A stretch of 64,000 nt of DNA, taken from the NCBI RefSeq assembly GCF_018977255.1, contig NW_024704743.1, forward strand, positions 15,006,001-15,070,000. Reading direction: 5' to 3'. The DNA is from Callorhinchus milii (Eukaryota). Below are positions 36,901-48,900 of the stretch, piece after piece. Made by a program: the position numbers and the translations under genes. Within the stretch, counting starts at the first letter, position 1. Each line of letters starts with the position of its first letter. The notes under the pieces were generated by a model, which saw nothing but the letters and a program-made list of their open reading frames with translations, searched no databases and was not told the origin of the DNA.

Positions 36901-39900
36901 TAACAATCTTAAGATCCGTTCATCCTTAAAGCTACATTGCAACTATGTATTTAAATGGTTGTGAACAATGTCAATTTAAATAGACAGCAACATTTTACAG
37001 GAAATAAAATATTGCTCAAAGTATTACAAATGTGTTAAATAAAATGAAGTATCATCAAGAAGAAAACAACTCACTTTTGTTCCTTCTTTCAAATTAGCAA
37101 CAAGCTCAATATACTGATCATGGGCCGCTGCTAATTTCTTAAGCATTTCTTCCCGTGAATCAGCTTCTGCATTGGACTGCTTTGACTTGGAAAATTCTTC
37201 ATGATTCATCTGAGAAAAACAGAAATTCAGAGTTGAAATTACATCACCTCCAAGTTCAAATTCACAATCGAGTAATTCAATCTCGATCAAGGGAACATAG
37301 TTTCACTAACAAAAGCTGCCTGCAACATGAACACTTGGGACGTCCTCCCAACGTGAAAGGCGCTATACAAATGTAATCTTGTTGCTGTTGTTAATAATTT
37401 GACTCCCACAAACAAATGCTGAACAATCCTCAATCAAAAGCAGAAGCAAAACAAACATTATATTAAGCAGGAAGCAGAAAGAAAATGGTGTAAATGTTTA
37501 CTAATTTGTTCAGAATGCAAGAGTGAGAGAGAAAGATAGATTAACATTTCTGGTGTGGCAAATATTTTGGGTTTGGCACTTCAGAATGTTGGTCATGTTA
37601 ACTCATTTAGAAAACGGGAATGTTGCTGGTGAAAAGCACACAGGATTGAAAATTAGTTTGAAAATTTGGTACAAGCAAAATATTGTATTTTTGCAAGAGT
37701 TCAGATTGCTTTAAGTCTACTTTGAATTAATAAACATATATTGGTGAGAGCGGCTCCAAGCTTAGCCCAGACATATTGACCACAGTAAAATAAACTTGTA
37801 ACTGAGGCCTTATGTCAAAGATAACTCACAATGACCAAACCTCTGTCAATGTAGCTTCACATAGTCAATGAGAGTAAGTTCTTCGCAGGTAAGACCCTCT
37901 CATTGATTTTCATTCTTTGTGGGCAAGTGTCTGAACTCTGTTTGGCAATCCCAGTACTGTGACTTCAAAACCACAGGAAAGTGAACCAAAATCCCACTAC
38001 TCACATGTTGCTACATTTCTCCAAAACATTGCGCAACTGCCCTATTCTGAAGTGTAAATTACAACCACACAGATGTACTTGACAGTTTGATGTACACAAA
38101 TTCAGAAAATTAATTTCAGGTTTTCATTTCCATCTGAAAGTAAAATTATGTAGCTGCAATGCAAGACATCACATTAATTCATCTGAATATGAATTATTTA
38201 TATGCCAATGCATAGATTATATTATTTGCTGCACCATGGCTTTGCTTTTTATTCAGAAATGTTACAAATCATACAATATTAAGTTCACATTACACTACTG
38301 GCAAGTTTTTTTTAGTAAAAAAATCTTCAATTTCAAAGACATTTCTTCCATCTATTTACAATTAAAAATTTGACCTCCTCAAAAATCACTTGAATCCTCA
38401 GGGTAATATCTAAGCAGAGCAGTAATTTGCACTGGCAAGTTGCTTTTCTCATTGCATTATTAAATTCATTACTTCAATTTAATTTGCAACTATAAAATAA
38501 GCCTCAATTCACACAGATTAATTTATATGTTTGAGACAGATGAGCGATGTTTCTGGTTAAATGAAGACATTGGCTAGGAGATTGAAATGCATTTTCAGAC
38601 AGACACAAGTGGGAAACCTAAGATGGGATATCAGTCAGGTATAATGAAATTGAATTCGGAGAACATCCAGGATTCCAAGAATATGAGAGTTGAAATTTTG
38701 AGGTTAGGTTTAAAAAAACATATCCACAAAAACAAACACATAATCTTTTTACATCTTGATGAATACAAAAAACTTTGTATAAAAATAGTTAGAAATGGAT
38801 CACGTGAAGCCCTGAATGAAACCAAATAATTTCTGCAAAGGATCATTGAGTGGGCAAACAAACACCAAAGGGATGGAGCTAGATCAACAAAGGGGCAGGT
38901 TTTTGATCTTCAGTTCCTGTTTTTAGACCATACTGAGTCAGCTGCCCATTGCCCTGAGAAAACAGTTATAAATTACTATTTACCTGAATACTTGATAGCA
39001 ACTCCTCCTGGCTTTTCAGATTTTTTTGCACTTTCTGAGTATAAGTTCCATAAATTCGATCAAGTTCAGTCACTGAGATAACCTCTTCATTAATAGCCCC
39101 ATCCTGAGCCAATGCAGTCAAAAAGGCACTGGACATGTCAAACTGCTGTAGCTTGATATCATTCTCTAAAGTTTCCCTTTCCTTCTTTGTTTCATCCAAA
39201 GAAGCAAGAAGTGACTTCAGGATTGTAATAACCTATAGCAAGAACATCACAAAGGAAAAATGTCAGAACATGGCTGCAAAAAAGGATTGGACACTTTTAC
39301 TCTATAAAATAGAAAACGTAAGAGTTATACAGAAACAAGTACTGTACAGTTTGATTTTATCAAGTTTGTTTTCACAGAAAAAATCTGAACGACATTTATT
39401 GCTTCCTCAGAAAACACCATAATTCTACATCAATAGTAGAAGTTCTAAACAAAGATACCAGCATCACTGAAATAGGCCAATTTTATTTGTTAAGAGTTAA
39501 CACCGACTATACTAGATCTCGCCATACCAAATCAGGCACTGCACAAATTCAATAACCTGCTTAAATAAGAATGAAGACTGGTCCAGTGGTATTAACATTT
39601 ATGTAATAGAATTCTTTTAAAAAAAGTTTTTCCTTTAAAATGATCTGAGTGGGATACAAGTTCTAGTGTCTCAATTATTTGCTTCAACTGTGAAGGCAGT
39701 TCTGCAAATAAATCTAGATCAGCACCAACCTGCACTCTTGCTGATTATTTACCATTTTAAATATCATTCACAAAGTGAGTTTTCAGCACCAAATGAATTC
39801 CATACAATAGTGCATTTGCATTACACAAAATAGGAATGTGGTGATCCCTCAGTTCAAGTGCCAAGACCCATCTTACCTCAGTCCCTTGTAGGGAGTTTGC

Positions 39901-42900
39901 AGGATTGCCAGATGGTATGGCAGCATTTAACTCATTTTCAGGATGACAGAGAAGGGCAATAGCATCACGATGAGTGGAATAACGCTCTCGGACCACATTA
40001 TCTGCTTGTCCAGCTTTGTCCAGAAAGTTTCTGAAATTTCCTCCCTCTTGGGTGGGAAGAAGGAAAATTACAATATTAATTAAAAGATCTTAATTTTTAA
40101 TTGAACAGATGGTGGACACTTATCTGGTCATTTAGTTATATGTAATAGTATAATAATAACCCTTACATTTGATATAGCACCTTTCACATGTGGAGAGGGC
40201 AACATCTCAAAGCATTTCACATGATTTACTGTGGAGGATTGTGTGTCTGTGGGCAAACCATTATATATCTATTTTGTTTTAAAAATATTTTATAGAATAT
40301 AACTTACTCATAAATACAAGTGAAAAATAGCATTCATTAAAAGATTCTACCACAGTCTAACATCCAATTTATAGTAAACAATGACTTGCAGGATCCTTCT
40401 CTCATCTGTATTTGAAGTTTACTGTGCAGTTTTCTCTATAAATTGGTGATACCAAGTGTAGAATGGGAGACCACTTTGATGAACATTTCAGTTATAATAT
40501 TAGTAATCTGTGAACATGACTCTGACCCTTCTTGTGGCTTGCCTCTTAACCTCCTTTTATAATAATAATCCTTGCATTTGATATAGCACTTTTCACTTCG
40601 GGAGGACGTCCCAAAGCGCTTCATAGAACACACTGTAAAGTGAATTGACTGTATATTTGTGGGCGAACGCGGCAGCCAATTGCGCACAGCAATGTCCCAC
40701 AAACAGTCGTAGATTGAAAATGACAAATTTATTATTGTTTTTGGAGGGATTATTATTAGGCGTGTGGAGTAAGGAAACTTGCCCAAGGCTTCGCCCTGCC
40801 TGGAAATGAACTCAGGTCTCTCGCTTGCAAAGCGAGTGCTCTAACCACTGAGCTACAGGACTCCACCCACTGAGCTACAGGACAGACAGGACCTTGGTTT
40901 TACATCTCATTCGTAGGGCAGCACCTCTGAGAATGCAGTTCACCTCCGAGAATGCAGTTCACCTCCCTACATTGCATTGGGAATGTCAGCCGAGACTGTA
41001 TTAATGCAAGTTGTTGTTATTGTTGAGTTCAAAGTCCTGACAGTGGGTTTCAACCCATAACCTTCTGATACAGAGGCAAGAGTATCATCAACTGAGTCAC
41101 TCTGACACCCTTTTTAAGAGTTTAAACTTGGATACAGAATGCAACTTTACATTTTGTTCCCCAACATACCTGTTCGCAGAGATTTATACAGCTCATTTGA
41201 AGGTGTCCTCTGCCAGCGTTGCTGAAATTTCGCTCTAAGGTCATTATCTGAAGATTCCTCTTCATCCAGTATTTTCATTGACTAAGCATAAAATATTCAA
41301 TATATAAATTTTAAACTTGCAGTATGACAAATGCAAATTCAAAACAGGACTTAAAACGTGTTCAAAACAATTTTTTTCCTGTAGAAACCTGGTTGCCTTA
41401 AGGAAAACAACAGGCTTGCTGATACTCTTGTAGATACAACATGCAGATTTCAACAAAATCTAAAAAAATGTGAGGGGCGGGAGGGGAGAGAAGAAAAGAG
41501 AAAGTTACCTCCAACAAAATCTCCCGATTTCGCTGCAGAAGTTCTGGAAGGTCTTTTATCAACTGGTCTACTGTCTCCAGGCCACCCTGCTGAATGACAG
41601 CTTTGGATTTCTCCAGAATGGACTGAGGAATACTGTGCCCAGAAACATCTTCGAGCGCAGCAGGTAGGTTCAAGGAGGCCAGAACACTGAGAAAAATGGA
41701 GAATAAATCAACTATTACATATCCATTATATTGACCTCCTACCCTACTACACATCTCATCTTAGATAGATATGGATGACTCATGAATCAAATATTCTCAT
41801 TTCTGCCAATTTATTTTCAATTAAATTGGTTTTAGAAGTGAGAGAACATTTCTATCGCTCCCCCTGCAGCTCAGCAAAGATTCATGCAGCTGCACTGAGG
41901 TGACAGGGGGATGTGTATAAAGCCCTGGTTAAATCCTTTTTATTTTCATAATTTTAATATATAATAATAATATTTGCATTTGGTATAGTGCCTGATCACG
42001 TCACTGAGACATCTCAAAGCACTTCACAGAATATATTTTAAAAGTGGATTTTGTGGGCGAGACATGGATTTCTTGCTTTGAATTTTTCAGGAATTTTATT
42101 ACATTAATGTAATAAAAAAAATTTAAAGGATAAAACGTCATTAATACTCCATTGACTCAGTCATTCACCTCCAATAGAAGATCAATGAGAGAATGGCAAA
42201 GGGAGCGAGATCACAGGGCAATCGGAGATGATGTTGTTGCCCGCCGCTGTGACCCACCAACTCCGTGTTACGGTGGACCTTGCCATGTGGATGGAAGGTG
42301 AGTGAGCCAATGTCAGGCTCTACTGCGGCTTAAAGAGGAGTGGGGTGTCGGAGCAGGGCGAGTGGCTTCAGGAAGGCTTGGCAGGTGTCGCAAGCACTTG
42401 GGTGCTATTTTTCCCCAATTGAAGCTGTTTTATAAGTTTTGGTTTATTTCATATTTACAAAAAAAACATGGGCTCTATTGCGCGTACACACACTTTTTTC
42501 AAGGGAAGGAAACAGGAAATAAATAACAAAATAGCAATAGCAGCATTGTCCTCTCATTTGACTATTTATCTCGGTGGGGGTGGAAGAATCAGAAAGGGGC
42601 TAAATGCAGTCTTACGGACACAAAATATACAGTCAAATTCACTTTACAGTGTATTCGGTGAAAGGCCTGAAGATGTCTCAACACGTGATAAAGCACTATA
42701 TCAAATGCAAGGAGTACTATTGTTGAAAGTTTAATCATACATATAAAATCAATGGGCTTTTATTTTTACACATCTTATAAGTAAAAAAAGTTTGAAACTG
42801 CATTACATTACTAAATTTACAGCTTGACGTTTTTATCAAGGGTTCTTAATTACTTAATCAGTATTTACACGGGAGGTAAAATGCTATCATTTGGAAACCC

Positions 42901-45900
42901 CATCAAAAGTCCTGTCCTTTTAGAAGATTACATTCAGCTACGATAATGTTGAACATGGCTAGAGGGAATAGATTTAACAAGTTAAACATATTTCTAAACC
43001 AGTGTTAGGTTTATAAACATGGTTGCTTCCTCCTATGGCCTTATGGCTACTAAGTCCCAAGTATAGAAAATGAGCAAAATAAGGTAAAAACAAAGGAAAT
43101 CAGACTTTTTTTTAATTTCAGGGTACAGTACATGTCTGTTTGTGAAAAACATGAGCTGATTCAGATATTAACTTCTGAAACCGTCTGAGAAAGATTGTCA
43201 CATACCCATTGGCCAGGTTATTGGCTTCTCTCATCTGTCCAATGACTCTGTTCACCAAGTCAGCCTTTCTCTGATTGTACATACTCAGAGCTTGTTGCAC
43301 TGCCAAAGGAACCATCTTCTCAAACAGATCTACAAGTGTCAATTTGACATGGTTAAGAAAACAAATCATTAAAAAGTTTAGTAACAGCCAACATCCTTTC
43401 ATTTTTTAGCTGCTATTACTTTGCATTATCTCCCCCTACCCCATGACAATCACCAAAAATTCTGTATTAAGATTTTTTAATATAAAATTATAATTAAATA
43501 TTGTGAAAATTAGTACTCATAAAAAAGTTTTGAGACTGTCCACTCCCACAGAGAAACTGTGAAAGGCAATGCTGAAAACAGGGACCCCCCAAAACTCAGC
43601 AGCACCACCAGCAGGAACCTTGCAGTGATTTTTGTACCCGAGATCAAACAAAAATAGAGCTTAGTGGAGCAACTAACTAAGTTGCCTCAAGCCCTTCTTG
43701 AGTCACAGTTTGTACAAGTCTGAAGTATAGCAACTCACTTCAAAAACTTCTTAGATCAATCCTGCCTACAACCAGGCTTCCTGGTAATCTATTCCAACTG
43801 TTGATTACCTTCTACTTAAAGTAAAATTGCCCTTTACCACTCTGAACCTCTGAAATACTAATCCTATCCTGGTTGAATTGGCCACAAGGCGACATATTTG
43901 GCAACGGACTGTCAGAATCGAGTCAACCTTCTGTGGCGGTCTCTGTAGTCCATTTCCTAATCCTGGTGGATCTGCACTGTTGATGACAGCACAGCCAGTC
44001 TGGCTCATCGGCAGACAAGTCACTCAGGGCAGGGAATCCTTCCACTTAGCTACCGTTAACCCTGGAAGCCAAAGCCTTAACAGGTAGAACAGTCCTAGCT
44101 GGACAAGCAGCAGGAAAGCTTGCCAGACAGCGATAGATGGCAAACAGTTTTAGCATGTTAGACTCCAACAGTACCCCACTCTGGGGTCCCCAAGCCTTGG
44201 CCTTTGCCAACTTACACCTAATATGGAATCAGGAAGAGAGTGCACATACAATTCCAACAATCTATCTCTGGAATTTCGATGTGTAGGTGAGATGCATGCA
44301 ATTCTCAGCTTGATTTGGATACCCTTAACATGGTGATGAGTTAGATACCTGGCTGATTTTCCATTCTTAAATTGGAAAAATCCACATTTTAAGAATTGTA
44401 AATGTGCATCTGTGTATCAGTTCTTTTCAGCGGGACAAGGTGTTCATGATGGGCAATTTTAGGGCAACAGTTTTTTTGTGATACACAAGGCAACAGCTGG
44501 ATCAAGTACCAGAAAGGATGGTAGAGACCAGGACAATTAACTTATTTTAAAAAGTTTCAAGATTTAATGAGAAGGTAGTACGATGGATATTCTGGAAGCA
44601 TGAGATGAAATAGGCCAAAGTGACTTTTTTCCAATCTCTTGTGATCTCACTTCTCAATCCACCTGAGAGATTTGCCAGTATCCTAATTCAGGAGGAAAAA
44701 CGCGTGTTCCAAATAAAAAAATTATACACACAAAATTCTGAGGGAGGCTGCAGCCAAGAAAACCATTCCTCAAAAAGGAGCTTGCAGTTGTTCCAACAGC
44801 TGAAAAGTAACGGTTCTCATGTTCTTACCAGTGAATTTCTGACTCAAGGGCACATTGACTGGAGTAGGCTTCACCAGTGTGGCCTTGCCAATTGGAGTCA
44901 AATCTTTCAGGTCAGGAACACGATCATGGTAAATGAAATCATTGTCTTTCTTTGCAGCTGTCAATGCTCGAGAGATTTTGTCAGACAGATCCTTCACATT
45001 GATATACTCATCGTAGCGAGAAGCTACAGTCTTTATCAATTCGGTTGCATGCTGTAGATTCAATTAAAAAAGGTCAGGTGTATTCAACTACTGTATTTTC
45101 AAACAAACAATGACATTAGAAGGACGTCCCAAGGTGCTAGACAGTCAGGGATTTGCACCCAAGCTGGGGGTGCGATCAGGAGGAGTGGAGGGCTGGAAGA
45201 GTAAGGGTAGGAGTGACCGAAGGCGCAGTTAAAAGAGGTGTCTTGAGATGGACCCTGAAGGGGGCAAGGCCAAGGGACTGTGGGATAGAGTTCCAAAGGG
45301 TGAGGGTAAAGAAGATGAAGGCATGACCGCCGATGGTGGGGCGGGTTCCGTGGGATACGTGAAGCAGGCTGTAGTCTACTGAGCGGAGAGAGCTGAGCGG
45401 TCACAGAGGTAGAGAGGAATGAGACCATAGAGGGCTTTAAAGACAAGGATGAGGATTTTGAACTCTATCCTCTGGGGGAAATGGGAAGCCAGTTGAGAAG
45501 GTTGAGGATTTAGGTGGTTGGGTCATGACCAATCAGCCAGAAATCAAGTAGTTTTAATACATCCCAATTGCTGCTCAATATTCTTCTCTGGTCTGATGAG
45601 CAAAATAATTTTTTTAAATTTAAATACAGACTTATAGTATAATTTTACAAACTATTGATCAACCATATTCAATTTGATTTGAAGAATTTAATGTGAGGGA
45701 ATTTTGTAAAAGTCTCTGAAATCATTTTGTGAAGACCATAGGATTCACCCCAGTGAAAGTGGTGGAACATCCAACCAAATATTTCTAAGAACTTCCCAAG
45801 ATGAGGGACCAGGTTTGAGATTGAAGTGTATTTCAAAATGTGACAGGGAGCAAATAACAAAACAGGGAACTTGGAAAATACGAGATAGCTCTAAAAGAGG

Positions 45901-48900
45901 TGCTAGCACCAGCTCAATGGGCTGAATAACCTTCTCCTATTCTTCAATTTCTATGATTGATTTGTCGGTTCAATTTAATTTTCTTGACCGTCAATAGGAG
46001 TTTATTTAATTTTCCTTAGATTTCTTGCGATCTTTTCATTTACAAAAATGGACAACTTTTAGGTTATATGTCACTTCCCGTACACCACACTGCAACCATA
46101 GTAATCTTATTATCTGGAAGTGGGTCACAATAAAACAGTTTTTTAAAAAAAGTTTAGCAATGGGAATTCATTTTTTCTCAATATGGAGAAAATTATCAAT
46201 ACTTAACAAATACAGATTTTTACCAGTGGCAGGTAGTGGCAAACTCAGCGCCTTGGGACGTCCTCCCGACATGAAAGGCGCTCTATAAATGTAATTTTAT
46301 ATTGTGTTGTATTATTCGTTGAAGATTTACCTGTAATCTTGCAATTTCCTCACCAAATTTCTTCTGTTGCTTTGTCAGAACTGACTGATGGTACGCTGCG
46401 TTGGCCTGCATGATGCAATGTTTTGCAGCAAGAATAGGCAGCACTTCCTGGAAATAAAAATACTAACCAGGCGAAAGTCCAACCACAAACAACCACAGAC
46501 GCAAGCAGGAAAGCAGGAAAGGGAAGAAAGGAAGTTAGAATTGTATTAATATTTTTAGAAAGGTGGATAGGTTAATCATTATAAGATGAGTAGTCAAAGG
46601 GAAAAGTATGGTTTCAGGTTTTGGGAGAAGATTAAATCCTTCAAAACGCAGCCCAACACAAAGCTCGCCATAAATGGGACTCAACTAACAAGAATCAAAT
46701 ATTCAAACCCAGTAAATTTCTTCATCGAAAATAATTTCCCAAAGTAGACTGCATAATCTTCACAGTAATTTGAACATTACTTCCGCAGATTGGATTAGAT
46801 AGTTTGGAAGTAAAAGGTTAGTCGATGAGGTTCCCTCAGAGGATAGAATTCAAAATCTTCGGCCTCACTTTCAAGGCCCTACACAGCCTTGCTCACTCCT
46901 ACCTCTCTGACCTCCTAACCCCCTATCAACCTGTCTGCTCCCTTCGTTCAGCAGGCTCCGGTCCATTCCATGTCTCCCACCCGACCCACCTTACCATCAG
47001 CAGCCGGGCTTTCAGCCTCTCTGCCCGCACCCTTTGGAACTCCATTCCACAATCCTTTCGCCTTGCTCCCTCTCTTGCCTCCTTCAAGTTACGACTCATG
47101 ACCCTCCTTTACAACTGTGCCTTCAGCCGCCCTCCTACATCTCTGCCCTCCCTCATCCCAACCCTGAAACCCCCATGCCCTGGTCCTGATCCCCGACTGT
47201 TCAGAGCTTGGGACATCCTCCCAATGTGAAAGGCACTTTACAAATGTAATTTTACTTTTGATGTTAATTCTTTGGCATGCAAAGACTCAGGAAGTCAAAA
47301 GAGCTTGAAACAAGATGCAGGTTTATGTTAATAAATAACTTTGAACCAACTGCAACTTTGACCTTTATGGTTCTCAGTCACTGAGAAGAGAGAGAGAAAT
47401 AAATGGGAAGGAAACATTTCAAAGGTTTTCCATCAAAATATATCTGTAGTTATACATTAAAAAGAAATGAAGTTTCATTGTATTCTCAACGTTTCAGAAC
47501 TGAACATTTCTACACATTTAACAATTTGCTTTACTGCCAATGACAAAGCATAGTGGATTAAATTTACAACATTACTACATTCCTTAAATGTCAGTAATGA
47601 TTTTCCGAAGTTTCATAATCCATTCTTCAGACTGGTTATAAATTTGATAATTGCATACCCCATAAGAGGTAATGTAAATTAATTCTCATAAGGATTATTA
47701 TTATTTATTATTATGCATTTTCAAGCCATAATGTGAGATCTCTTCAAACCAAACAAGTTCCTCAGTTACAGCCGTATGCTGATTTCAGAACAACAGGCAT
47801 GTCTTCTTCAGATTACAAATTCACTCAAAAATCTACAGTGCAGACAGATGTCATTTGGCTCATCGCAAAGTAAGGAGATGGCTTCAATTCCACGGCCCTG
47901 CCATATCCCATACCCCAGAAGGCCCTCTTTCATGCCTGTCTATTTCTAACTTGAAGCTACAATGGCCTCCTGCTTGTCCCTTACACCCTCTACTCCACCA
48001 TTGGAGGTCGCGCAATCAGCCACTATACCCCGAAACTCTGGAACATTCGATTCAACCCCTCCGCCTTGCACCCCCTCTCCCTTTTTTTCAAGTCCCGCCT
48101 GAAAACCTTACTTTTCAATTGTGCTTACAGTCACCTCCTCCCACCAGCTCGGAGTCAGGCGCCGCCACTGTTAAGTGCTCTGAGACGCTACCCTGCATGG
48201 AGTGCACTATATAAGTGCAAGTTGTTGTTGTAAAATGTAAAAACATGTGAAACAAACCTAAAACTGATGTACATTCGGCCACTACTAGTAATCACATTTA
48301 CAAAATATTTCCCTTTTATCAGGAATTTATTTTTTAAAAGAATGATATATTTTGTCCTAAAAAGTGATGGAGAATGGAACAGGAAAATGGGAGACTTCAC
48401 TGTTTAGGGATTCCAAAATCAGGGGGAAGAGAGAGAGCGCATAAAATGGAATCAGATGAATTAAAGGGGTTATGATTTGATGATTAAGTTTGTCAATCAG
48501 TGAGTAGTCATGAGAGGTTTTGAAGCTGGTAGAATTCAGAAATGTTATTTTAAGCAAAAAGCATGAAAAAAGTTTACTGAGAAAACTGCTTTCAACACAA
48601 ATCAATATTAATTATAAAAAGTCATTTGAAAAAGCTATGACTAGAAATAAGACTAATTTTGATGATTACAATTCTCTAAAGCCCATAATTAAATAACTAA
48701 ATACAATGTACTGGTACTCCATTCTCACACATGTTCACTGATTAAGTTGGCTTACTTCATTAAGCAACAATGTATCAACAAATATCCATTTCTACATGGT
48801 GAAAACAGATTCAATAACAACTTTCAAAAGGGAATTGGATGGGTACTTGAAGAGGAAAAATTTGCAAGAATATGGGGAAACAGCGGGAGAGTGGGACTGA

